Assembly (NCBI GenBank): GCA_052327205.1
Contig: CM126207.1
Span: 249,612,001 to 249,655,346 of the forward strand
DNA from: Somniosus microcephalus
Lineage: Eukaryota
Direction: 5' to 3'
DNA: 43,346 bases
Shown: one piece after another, positions 24,100-36,725 of the stretch
Numbering within the stretch: the stretch's first letter is position 1
How the letters are laid out: every line of letters starts with the position of its first letter
The notes under the pieces: generated by a model
What the model saw: only the letters and a program-made list of their open reading frames with translations
Told to the model about the DNA's origin: nothing
Databases searched by the model: none
Made by a program: the position numbers and the translations under genes

Positions 24100-25777
24100 T
24101 CTGTCTTCTGTTTTTTTCCAGGACACCCACTACCACACACCATACTTCAGTGAGGAATCCAGACTGGTGACTTGCTCCCACGACTCCATCCATGCTGTTC
24201 TGTCAACTGCTTCAAAATACACAAGAGTGTCCTGGTAACTGGGCCTCTAACTTTCCCTCCCTTTTATGGGCCACTTCAGATAGGGAACCCTGTGGTACAG
24301 ATTCTTCAACCAAGCTCTGAAATCGAAGTTTAGTTAGTTTTACACAGTTTCTTGTTTGTGACATAAAGCAAGTTCGATGATGAGTAGTTTTACACTCGGG
24401 TTCCAGAAGCAAATCTCCATCAGATTGCCAACAATCAGGTTCAAATCATACACACAGCACACGGTTTTAGTAGGAAGGATAAACTTGCCTTTATATAGCG
24501 ATTCACACATCTTGCATCTTAAGGATTTTTTTAAAACATTTTAATTCAATTTTAATACTGTTGGGTTAACATCACACCAGTCTTCATAACCCTCCAATTT
24601 AAGGTTTAGTGACTGATGCAACAGTGCTCTTACTACATATGTCCCTTTACAATACTTTCAACCTCAGGCATTGTGAAATGTTTTTCAATCACTTTCTGTA
24701 ATCCTCAGGTCAGCAGTGTGGAATCCACAACTACAGTTGTTACTTATGTCTGGAAAAAGGAGCAAATGTAAAATGGAGTGATCAGGTGGCTACAAAATGT
24801 AATCAGATGGGTCTCGCGTTCACAAAGAAAAAGCGTGCAAAATGTTTTAGCTGCACAGCCCTTTGTCGGACCTGTGGAAAGAGTTAAGAGGCCTCATTTT
24901 CCTTTCTTTTCATGGCTTCCACCAGAATAAAGCCTCATGGCTGAAATATCATGTACTGTACAACCATTTTATTTTTCAGCACTTCCCCTAGAAGCATCTT
25001 TATTGCTCAAGAGTTGAAGTGAAAGGCTTATATTTAGTCACTTAGCTTTGTGAAAAAATGTCAATGTTTTTTTTTTGTTGGAAGTACAGAACACTCGTCC
25101 TGTGTACAAATAGCGCAGATTTCCAACAAAGGAAGGGGCACATTGCTCCTTTACTGTCAATAATTCTACCTTTGGTACTGTTCAGTGAATTGAGAGCTGA
25201 GATTTTGAACTTGGTGATGCTGGAACTTCCTCAACACAATCATTTCAATGACATTTGTTGCACCATCTCAGCCTGTGGAAACTGTAGCTGGAACACCTGC
25301 AGCGACACTAGGGAAATCTCACTATTTCACTAAACTATATCTGAAGGAATAGAAAAATAGATTCGGAGTTTAAAATCTCACAACTAGTATTATATATTAA
25401 TAAAGGAGCTGATTCTCTCTCACACACACAAATGAGTTAGCAATACAGTTACTTATAATTTGAATATACGTAAAATCCATCAATAAGCTTTTTTTGAAAA
25501 AAACCATCAGAACCCCCTTAAGTCACATTTACAAAGAATTATAATTGTTTCTCATGCTTTGATTTTGTTCTGGCCATCTTGGTTGATTTTTTTACTTGGA
25601 GAGTAAGTTCTAATTACAACATGGGAGGGGGCGTTTCTTGGATTCAAAGGACAATTGAGCCCAATAAACAATGTGAAGGAGATGCTTAACACATAGTTGA
25701 TGCTGAAACAATGCTAAGTTTATGACCATTTCTAGTACGTAATATCATTTCAGCTCCCTTATACAGTCAGACTCAGT

Positions 25778-25832
25778 AGCCCAGATTTTATGAACCGTGT
25801 TGTTATAATCTGACGATGGGAAAATCTAGGCT
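25778..25832. mobile_element. 55-bp minimal MITE
   Basis: TIR AGCCCAGATTTT / AAAATCTAGGCT (11 of 12 match), with TSD AGT/AGT. Confidence 0.6.
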
Positions 25833-28800
25833 AGTAACCCCTTCAAGCCAATACCCCTGATGGTGTCATCGGCACTTCACTATTTAAACAAAACATACAA
25901 AAAACAAAAATTGACAGAGCAAGATAAAAGAACATTGCAATTCCTCATTAGTATCCCTTTTCTAACAGGAGACTTCATGCCTCTATTTCTAGTCTAATTA
26001 TTGTACATCGCTTGTGTCCAATACTTTACGTGGAATTTCCTGTTATATGTAATAAAGTTAAGTAAGATGAGGGTAATTAGCACATAATGTCTGTCTATAA
26101 ACATCTTAAGTTTCAACTAAAGTAAAAATCAGTTCAGGATCGTAGCTAAATGTGGCCACATTTTTTAACCAAAAATGATACAACAGGAATTGTGGGCTGT
26201 CCTGATCAGACTTTCAATTCTTTTAACAGAACCCAGTTCATTTTATAACCGGGTTTAATTTCTATATCACGATCCTTTTAGGGTAAAAGGAATGGATTGG
26301 TGAGAATTTAAAAATGTAGAATTTCATCAATAAAAGAGCTGAATTATTGGCTAATTTTGATTTTCAAAATTTGTCTGTGCAATATCTGCTCTCGATTCAG
26401 TAAAATAAATTGTGGGTCATATGATAATCTCCACCAATTCTACCTGAAGATTGTGGCATCCTCAAAACAAATAGTTTCCAAAGAAGGTCCATCCAGCACT
26501 CACCCCATCAGTACCTCAATTAATAGCCAAACTGTTACAACTAATTATTAACTTTAACACACTATTCCCTCCTATTTGTCATTTTTGAATATTTGGAGTT
26601 TTTTAAAAACAGAACTGGCACATAGGGGTGAAGTTCCTCCATAATTAATGATCTTCTAATGAAATCCAAGGAACACGCAGGCTTCAAAATATGCAATTTC
26701 TGTGAACGCTATTTCATTAATTACAGAAGAAAAACAAGCTGTCTCTGTGCGTTTCTTTAAAAGGAGGCATTTCACTCTCGTCGTCAGGGTGATTTGGTGG
26801 GAGAAATTACTGAGCCCAGAACTAGGAAGGAGCTGACTTAACATCTGTACATACAGTTGTTAAACCAAGGATGTTTCAAATGTGTATATCAATTCAGCTC
26901 AGAAATTCCTTTAAAGTCAGTATCCTCATTGATGTCATCAGCATTCACTGTTGCAACAAATAAAATAAAAAATCAAAAGAAATACAATGAAACAAGAAAA
27001 TTGTAAAAGTTATTGGCTTTTTAAAAAAACTCTCACTAACGTGCAAACTACCTTTTAAAACAGTACTCATCTGCTGATACGTACGGTTAGATAGGAGTTT
27101 TTCCAGTTTGCGAGGACTTGCATTCAAAAGAATCTCAGTTTGACTGCATGTTTGTAATTTTTACTATTTTGTCAAAAACATTGGTGAATTGATAAAATAT
27201 GCAGAGTCAATTATTAATATGAGGACTATAATTGATTCACAGAACACTGGGAAATGTCATCCATATTTCCTTCAGTCAGAACGATCCAGGATTTTTTTCT
27301 ATTGCTAAGCTTCACTCCAACTTCAATTTAAAAAATCCACTAAAACATGTTTCACTTATTGACAATGTCCTTGCAGTTCAGGCTGGAATATTACTTTAGT
27401 ATAATTATTATTAATAAGTACAAATCCATCCCTTCTGGAGAGTCTTAATACCAAGTAAATTGCTTTGTGCCTCTTACAACTATTCAGCTAAGAGTATTGC
27501 TAAATATTTCTAATTAATTTGTGTCCAACATATAATGTATTACACTTACCAAATACTGCATAATTAATACTCAAGAAAGTCTAAACTTGGTGTTCCCATT
27601 GTGCTTTTGGTACTTTTTAAAACTCAATTTCAATATCATTTTTCAGGAATAATGCTGAAATCAGCTATTCTAGACTCAGCAATCATTTGAAATGGTAGAA
27701 TTTCCAATCATTTCACCAACTGTTATTCTATACTACCCCAGCCTATCAAGGTCACTGCAAGATTCACCTATAGTCTGCACTGAATGAATTCAACCTAGCC
27801 ACAATTCATGTATAATTTAAGCTCATCTTCTTTAGTATTACAATGCATTTGAAAAAATACTTTATTACACCAATATATTGGCACAAACCAGCATGCATTA
27901 TGCATCACATACTATGATTTTTGATTAAATATCACAAATAAAAAAGAATCTTTTAGGCCATTGTATTCCTTTTAAAATGGCATAAAATTCACCTCTTCAA
28001 ATCAGGATTAAACATCCTGCTGTTTTAAGTTCTTCAAATCTATGGGACCAAATAGAAGTGCTGATAGATTTGTCTTGCATCATTTGTAATGTTTTTGTGA
28101 TATAAGCTGTGTATTGACTGCAGCCCTTTTTGTTGTTGAATCAAACCATACTTTTTCTCTTTGAAATTTGACAAAATTCCCAAATAGATTTCTGTAGCAT
28201 GGCCTTTTGGTAATAAATATTAATTATTAAAATATCTCCCCTTTCATTCTATACACCTGATTTTTAAATCATTTAATATATTTTGAGTAACTGCATTCCC
28301 ACTAGAAAATCGCATGTATGTTGTCAAAATGAATTTTTAACCAAAATCGAATTGTTCCCTATTCGTTTATTTTTCGACAAGACTTTTACATTTACTAAAT
28401 AAAATTGTCAGGAAATGATGAGTGACGGTTATTTTGTATTGGTTACTTATGGTATAAACCATTGCTTATTTCATTCATTTATATTCAGTGTTTAAAATTT
28501 CCACTGATAATGGATTGTGCAATTCTTTGTTATCAAAAGGACATGTTATTTAAATTATTAAAAAGGAATAATTTTATTTTAAGCAAACATTAAACAAAAT
28601 CAAGATTAATTTCAACATTACTAGCCAGTAGCCATATAATTATTTCAGGAACATTCGATGGTTGAAAGATGATAAAATGGCAAAATGAAAATACAAATTT
28701 GTACTTATGTTAAAATTCTACTTTCAGCTCCTTACTTTCAGATCCATGAAAAAGCAGATTTTAAATAAGGGAAATAGCCAAAAAATAGCATGGCAATAGT

Positions 28801-30479
28801 AACAATTCTATAATTGTACATTAAAAAATAATTTAATACCAGGCAAAGTATAAATTGACTTTTATGTGAAAAGTACCTGATTCTATTTACCAGATGCCAT
28901 TAATAATACAGGATAACATAAATTTAAATTGCCATCTAACAGCAAGGTGTATGTACCCACCAAAACAAAGGGGCACAATGTCAAAACTTCCTGGATATAA
29001 TGAATTCAGAGATAAAATTACATTTTCTAAAATGATGTAAATTTCCTTTTCATCAGCTAGATTGAATTATTTATTCCCAAAGTATATTCATGGTTGTACT
29101 ATCGGAATGTAGTACATCTGAAGTTGAGGCACCTTAATGTCTTTACCTTAAATCTATGATTATAGCCCTGCTTTGTTAATGGTGCCAGAAAATAATTTTG
29201 CTTTCAGCAATGAAAGAAAAATGAAGTAACTCTTGTTTAGGTGAGCACCATGACAATGACAGTGAAATATCTGTAAGTTATAGCCCTACAGACAAACAAA
29301 TATATTTCACTAGTGAACATCGATATATTGCACCCAGATTGCAGAAAGGAAAATTATGCTGTGGTTGGTTGTCCAGCAGCATGTAAGCCAGTAATGTGCT
29401 TTACTTGAGAAGCCATTTTGCAAAGCGAGCAGTGTCACCGAAGCACACTGGCTTTTGAGAAGACAAGATGCAAGTGCCAGAATTCATCTACAAGAAGTAC
29501 TGTGCACATCCTTGAGGTCTATTGCAGTCATTTATTTTACTGCGGGGGCATTGCTGCTCAGGTTATGTTCATGCTATCAGTATCCAAGTATGCTTTAGGG
29601 TTAAACAAACTTTTCAGTTGTTACTTTTTGCTCAGCAGGTTTCAAATAATCTGCTCGAAATCTAGCTCATTTTCTTTCCTTAAAATTAGCTCTCGCTGTT
29701 AATAAAATCTGTGGGACAAAGAAGAACTGCAAACACAGCATTTCATTGAATTAATGTAAAGATTCATGTCATACACTGCAATGATATCTTCACGGAGCTT
29801 CACATTGTAATTTCTGGAAGAAAAAAAACATTGATTCCTGAAGGGAACAACAGTCGAATAGTGTGAATTTCTCTCTTTTACCTACTTTTCTTAACCATTA
29901 TAATTTAAATGTCTCCATATTTAGATAATAAATATATCACTTTTAATATAATCTTTTAGCAATCGCAATATTTGGGGTGAGTTTTAAAAGACTGTTATCT
30001 CTTTCAGGCAACATTTAAAAAAATAATCAGTCTTGTTTTAGAAGATTGGAGGTTTTTGAGCATTTAGGAAATTGTTACATTTCTTGTGGTAGCTTAACTG
30101 AGATTTAGATTTTTTATTAAAACCCCACCGCCAAGGAATTTTTATTCAGCTATACTCATCAACAACAAAAGCCTTCCTTTGTAGGTTTCTTAAATGAACT
30201 GTAGCACATTTTCTTGGGCATTTTTTGTATTCCTGTTATCGTTCCTAATTCTTTTCTTTATAAAAATGAGGAATGTTAGGAAAGATACAGAAATGCGAAG
30301 ATAAATTTATCCCCCTCCCCGTATCACTTTTGCTAACCTGATGATTTCATCCAATAAAGACTCACTTTAGACCCCAAACGAAAGAGAGAGAGAGAGAACA
30401 CATCCTGGCCGCATCTGTTCCAGGAGATTTGAGAAATATGGCAGGATTTTTAGCTTTGAGAATCACATTTTCTGCTGAT

Positions 30480-30800
30480 GGTATATGTGGTGTAATCTGT
30501 ATACACAATTTAATCCATCAAAGAATCACCAGCACCATATCAATCAAGCTTTCATCAACTTGTAAAAACAATATTTTGATTCAATCAGGCTCAAGACCAG
30601 CTGTTAAATATTTGGCACCCCATCATAATGCATGAGACACAAATTAATCCGGTGTCACTGAGCTGCTCTATGGAGGCTACTGCAACAGTCAAATATTTAC
30701 ATGCCATCCCACATGTCCCACAAAAGAGGTCGGGGAAACAATGGCAAACAAATTAATATTTCAGCATTCAGCAGATTTCTTATTTTGGTGTGACAGAGCA
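30480..30800. promoter_or_regulatory. Candidate enhancer (Otx/Pitx, TCF, Pbx, Sox, Fox and Meis motifs)
   Basis: TAATCC at 30511 and 30645, CATCAAAG 30516, ATCAATCA 30539, TATTTAC 30694, AACAATGG 30737, GCAAACA 30744, TGACAG 30791. Confidence 0.45.
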
Positions 30801-33800
30801 TATCATTTTCTGGGATGTTTGAATTTTATAGGGACAGACAGCAGGAGTGGGTTATTGCTAAGTGAGAATTTCCTGGTCAATTTTCATTGGCACTTCTAGC
30901 TACACATTCTTTCTTCAGAGTTCAACATAAAAAAGGTGATTCATGAGAAAAATATACACTTTTGATTGCATTATTTCCATCATTTAATGGAGCAGAATTT
31001 TAAATGCAGCAAAGATCTATTGTCATATAGAAAGGAGCATAACATTTTATAAGAACTACATGTGTTAATGCAGTATTTGCCTTTTGAAATATACGTTTTA
31101 AATTTACCAATTTAATGCTAGTTTTCTGTACAATAATACTTTGGCATAAAATGAAAATTCAATGACTTTATTCTTCCAGTGAATATGATCATTTCTTAAT
31201 GTATCCCACTAAATCATATACAAGAAATGTTTATTTTACTAACAGAGAATGCAATGCAATTTTCTCCAAAGGGGTGTCTGATATATTAATTTTCTGACTG
31301 GGGATTATTGCATTTTTCTGTACAAAACTGTAAAAGATGACAGCTAATACTTTGCAAAACACACAATTTTCCCAGTTTGGTGGGGAGCAAAAACAACTTA
31401 AATATTTAAACCACATTACAATTATGCACACATCACTTTTCTTTTTGTTTAAAAAAAGTATGCTCCCATAGAATTTGTAGTGAAGCAATACTTAAAGCCT
31501 GCACCTTTATAAAACAACATCAGATGAGCAAACAGCAAAATGAAGATTGAAGCAAAATTATTTAGACTTTCATTAATGTATAACATTTTTTTAAGAGCCC
31601 AGTTTAGAAATGTTTAATTTATTGCAATTCCTACATCACTTTCAGTAGGGAGATGTTGCATTTTTTTTTAGGAACAGCAGTTGATCCTGGAAATGTTTAA
31701 CAATATAGATGTGTATATGTTTGAGTGTTCGCACAAGCACACTGGTTGTGTAAGGAATGTAAGTTTTTGCAGTATCATTTCACCTGACTGTTCTCAAGGT
31801 AAGACCAAGTCATCAAAAATATATTACAAGACAGAATTCACAACAAATAAAAGCACATTCGTACTTCATTAAACTGTTAAAAAATGTTCAAACCAGTTAC
31901 CAATCCTGAAAATTATTAAAGAAACTATCACATTTCTATATATTACTTTCACTATTATAGTTTTTAAACCACACTTTTCTTAAGTATTTTTGTGATGTAA
32001 TGCAGCTTAATGTAACAACATTAATTTATATTCATTTTAGAAGTCTGTGGTACAGTATATCTTTATTTCAATGGTGTAATTTGAATTTCAAGGTTTCGTT
32101 TGTATATTTAAAATCATACACCTGTAAGTTCTAAAAAGTAAAATAGGAATTCAAAAATGTCTAATGCCTTCAATAACAAACTGTTTGTGAATACAGAAAT
32201 GCAACATTAACCTAACACATAGCCTATCAAGATCTATGAAAGGGGTACATCTATCAGTCTTCACACATTGTTGCTATTCACATTTTTAAATGAAACATGT
32301 ATGAAGCAGTCTTAATTCAATTAGAGAAAAAAACCAACCAATATAACTCACCTATTCTTTAAAACTCAATTGTAAAGAACATGGTACTTGGATTTCATAC
32401 AATACAGTTCAGAAATTTGCCATTTCTTTGGAGACCATCTGTCATTTATTCATTTTTTTTAGAAACAGCATCCAGACACATTTCTGTCCTTCATGACATT
32501 TCAGAAATTTCAATGTTGAAAACTCTTCCAAAATATTTGAAATTTTACAATTCTTTTCAAATATTTTGACAGCTCTTTCTTTTATATTCCTCTTCTCTTA
32601 ATTTGGAAGATTTTTTTCCACCCATGTTATCAAGTGACATTAGAAATTACGGATATGTTTCATGGAACTGACCTTTCATTGCCGGTAAGGGCATTACTGC
32701 GGTTTGCTGTCTCCTAGGTTGTCATGTATTTACCTCATGTACTACTGGATAGTTTGAACAATGTGGAAGGCATAATATATATATTCACCGATCTTATTGC
32801 CTTGAATTATCAACTTTGTGTCTCATATGTCACATAATTTATAATTCATACATGCAAAGTGCATTCAGATAATGTGATACTACAGTCACTTGAATCAAAA
32901 AACTTTGCTGTAGACAGAGTTGTCTGATTGCGTGCTGCTAAACATAGCAAAACCTTCAACAAGGGAATAAATATGTATCCTTACAAAAAAGTTTTATCAC
33001 TTAAAGATCCATTTATCCTGTTCCTTTTGCTTTTTAACAAGATGGAGAATCAAATTAAATAGTTAAGGTTTATTGAAATGTTTAAACATTAAACAACAAA
33101 GTTTATAATAATGCATGAATCTACATTTTCAGAAACAAATTTAATTATTTAAAGGAAATATTTAGACAGTGTATAGCTAAAAGGTTAGAGATTTCCGTGT
33201 TGAATGATTGTTCAACCTCCGTCATTTCTATAAATTCAACCAACAATTCAGCACAGAGTTCCTAAACTGGTGAAAACTAGAATACATACACTGTGCATTT
33301 TACAATATTGCAATTCTGACTTTTGATGGGTTTCTGCATTATCTTGATCATATTTGGTATGATTCAAAATATCTAGAACCACACGAAATATATACATAGT
33401 TTTAGTCAGACCTCTTGGCTAATTAGAAATCAAAGCAGCAACTGTATTTAAAAAGTACAGTAAAAGAATGCTTTGTACATCAGAAATGATTGTCAGACAC
33501 TTCAGAATGAATAAGGTAAGTGTTAGGTCTGTGCTAGCACTATAATGGTGAATTTAAGAATCTTAATGATTTACAACATCTACAACAAAAAATATGAAAT
33601 TGAAAATAGGGGGAGAAAGAAGGCAACATTTAATGAAAAATAGATAAATGTTAGCTTAAGAAAGGAACTGCCCTATTCTTGCTGTGGTCAAACTGATTTA
33701 TTTTTATACCAAATCCATCTTGTAAAAAAAATACATGGAGAAGGTTTTCAGGATGTGCAAGAGATTTAACCTCAAAACATTTGACTCATTTTACACACTC

Positions 33801-33859
33801 TGATAATGTACATTAATTTTTGACAATACATGACCAAACATTCATCCTGGGTATGCATG

Positions 33860-34070
33860 GTCACACACTTTCGCTTTTGCTGATATCGCCTCAGGCTACA
33901 GTGCACATTCATTTGCGCAGAGAATCCTGCGCTGTCATCCCAGTAAAATGGAGATAAACAAAATTAAAGCTGCAAGAATATACAGGCTTTGAGATAAACA
34001 ATTGTTCAATATTTTGCATTATAATTTTCGCGTCAATTTATGACATCAAAGAGCAGAACAGTGCTCATTA
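33860..34070. promoter_or_regulatory. Candidate enhancer (AP-2, GATA/Fox, Hox, Meis and TCF motifs)
   Basis: GCCTCAGGC at 33888, CTGTCA at 33932, GAGATAAACAA twice (33951, 33991), and overlapping TTTATGAC/ACATCAAAG at 34037-34051. CpGs are retained. Confidence 0.45.
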
Positions 34071-35541
34071 AAAAAAAAAAGGTGTTTGTTCATCACTTCC
34101 CAAGACACTTTTAGATCGGTTTTCTTTCTATAGTATAGATGAGAAAATTAAATCATAAGAAAATGTATTGATTTTTCATTTCAGAATCACTTTCTAAATC
34201 TCTTTGAAGTATAATTCTATGTCCACAGTGGTCATGTCTTGAGCAGCGCTGTCTCGCATCCATTATTATTGTAACTCTGATGGGGGTGATGCTTATTTAC
34301 ATTTCAATAGGTGACTTGACCAGGAACTGTTGATGGGCGTCTGCATTAGGCTGCCACAATGCTGTACCCCAACAGCGACACATTATTATACTGCGGAAAC
34401 ACTAAGGCTGGTACACACAACAGTGCTTTATCAAAAACAGTAGGCATTCTAGGTTGGCTGCGATTAAATCTGGACCTAAACCCTAAAGAGAACATTTAGG
34501 CAATTATGAGGAACAAAACAAAGCAATGCCAAACACAACCCGTCAAAGAACCAGAACAGGACACAATACAGTGTAGAATCCATTTTAATGTCTCCTGGAG
34601 AGATGGGCGACTGCTAAACTAAACTATATTGTGGTGAAAAAATTTACATACAGAATAATCAGTAGGGGTTCAATGATTATGAAAATGTAAGATCAATTTA
34701 TCACAAGCTCTCCAAAATCACATCGCCACTGCGACAAGAGCCACCACTCGGCATCATAACAAAAGAATGACATTTGCTGCTACGGACACAATTTGAGGTC
34801 ATCACAAATCTTGACAACCAGACAATTCTCCTGCCACAAATGAAGTGGTGAAAAAAAGGCTCGGAGTTTGTACACAGGCATCTGCAAATTTTGTACAAGT
34901 CAAAATATTTCAATTCTGCACACTTATTCTGAAGACAGTTTTCCATCTCTTCTGTGTCTGCTGGGTTTAACAACAGCATCTGTAATTTTACCCAGTAGAA
35001 TAATACTAAGAGTTAATTTCTGGGACCACAGCTTGTTTTTACAGTAATTTCCAAAATACTGCTGCTAAAATTATGGGATAAAATATTACTTAAGCTAAAA
35101 GATTTCTTAGAGTTAGTACTTTATTTTAAGCAGTTCATTCCTGTCCATAATATTTGTTGGTAAATATACTTATGATCTTTTTAAAAAAAAACTTTCATCT
35201 TTATTTTGATCAGCCTAGTCATGAAGTTAAAGTTGTTTTTGAAGTAATTACCTCGGAGAAGACCCACAGCAATATTAAAGTCACCTTTTCCATGGATCTG
35301 TTTTAACAAATGTTGTACTTTTAAGACTGAACTTTAAAATGTTTTATTGATTTTATTTTTTCGCCCCGATAGTTCTTCACTGCTGCCACACTTCCTCCTT
35401 CAGCCTGGACCACTGGACAGCTTTAACCCAGGACATCTCTAGGTCCATCGTCAATGCAGTTTCAAGATCGCCAACGTGAGGTGTGCTTCTGCAGCTTGGG
35501 ACAAGGCTCCTACCAGATTTAGAATGTTCTGTAACCACATA

Positions 35542-35560
35542 CTGCTCCATCTGGTGGCCT
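35542..35560 (-). promoter_or_regulatory. CTCF binding motif (reverse)
   Basis: Minus strand reads AGGCCACCAGATGGAGCAG, a close match to the CTCF consensus TGGCCACCAG(G/A)TGGCGC. Confidence 0.6.
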
Positions 35561-36725
35561 GGCCAAACACAGGCAAAACTCAACTATTGTGGGGATTGAC
35601 GTAAAATGACAGTCGAGACTAGCATTTGAAGCTGGGCCCGCTGGATGGGAGATCAAAGCTTTTCCACTCCCAACTACTGACCTGCCTTCTGCAAATGGAA
35701 CTTTTAAAGCGAAATACAGGGATCTCTTAAAGGACTGAATGTGTAACGTGATAACAATAGACAGGCAGAGATGTTTCAAGGTTGTCAACTAAAATTAATA
35801 GTATTTCACTGGACAATATTCCTCCATAAAAGATAGTTTATTCTGAACACTGCACAGTTTGGAAAAGCTGAGGGGAGAACATTTGGAGTAAAATTGCAAA
35901 ATAAATGCCGAGATGGACACAAAAGTGTTGGTCTTCAATCTTCAAACAATTTATAAAGTACATTTATATCCTGGGGGCTGGAATACAAAATGAGTATGGA
36001 ATTCAAATGGTTAATGTCCTTCTTTGTCTGCTGTTGGAAAAAATAAATGGAATACTTAATGCCAATGAATTTAGAATGACCTTAATTTCTGAGCTAGAAG
36101 CTTTAGCTTTTTAGAAACTGCACCCAGGGTCACAAAACCAACACTGGAAATGTTTTATGTTGGTAGCAAGATGTTGTACGTCACTTATCTTTTTATTCTA
36201 CATTGTGTGTGGTTTTTTTCCTGCAGCTTCTTAAGTCTTTTGTATTCTGCTTTAGCAAGGACCCATTTTTGATACCTCACACTGGGCAGTCTTCTATTTA
36301 TTTTCTTTTAAAAGCTATTGCTTCCAAACCCCAAATCGGGGTATGATGCTTTTATAGCAGGCATTATAAGATGCCTGCTGTTTAATAGTAACTGGTCTCC
36401 ACACTTACAAAAATGTTGAATCTGACTGTTAGTCCACTTGTAATAAAAAGCATTTGTAGAAAATATTTTCTCTCACAATAGTAGGTTAATGTTGCTGATG
36501 TAATAAAATGGGGACGGAAATTCCTAACCATAACACCCAAGCATTTGGAACTGTCCTACACAAGGGTACAAGATCCTGAAAGACACAAACAAACCTGAAA
36601 CACATAGCAGTAGCATAACATAAATAACATCCGTTAAATATGAAGGCACACAGAGATCCTTGTGGTCTAGCAAAGTAATATAATAATTGGGTGTGTCCAA
36701 ACTACTTGAGACTCGCGATACTAAT

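Noticed and set aside
24482-24500. Minus-strand DeuSINE/L2-type tail remnant (CGCTATATAAAGGCAAGTT)
   Set aside because: The match is too short, and no adjoining SINE body is clearly recognisable.
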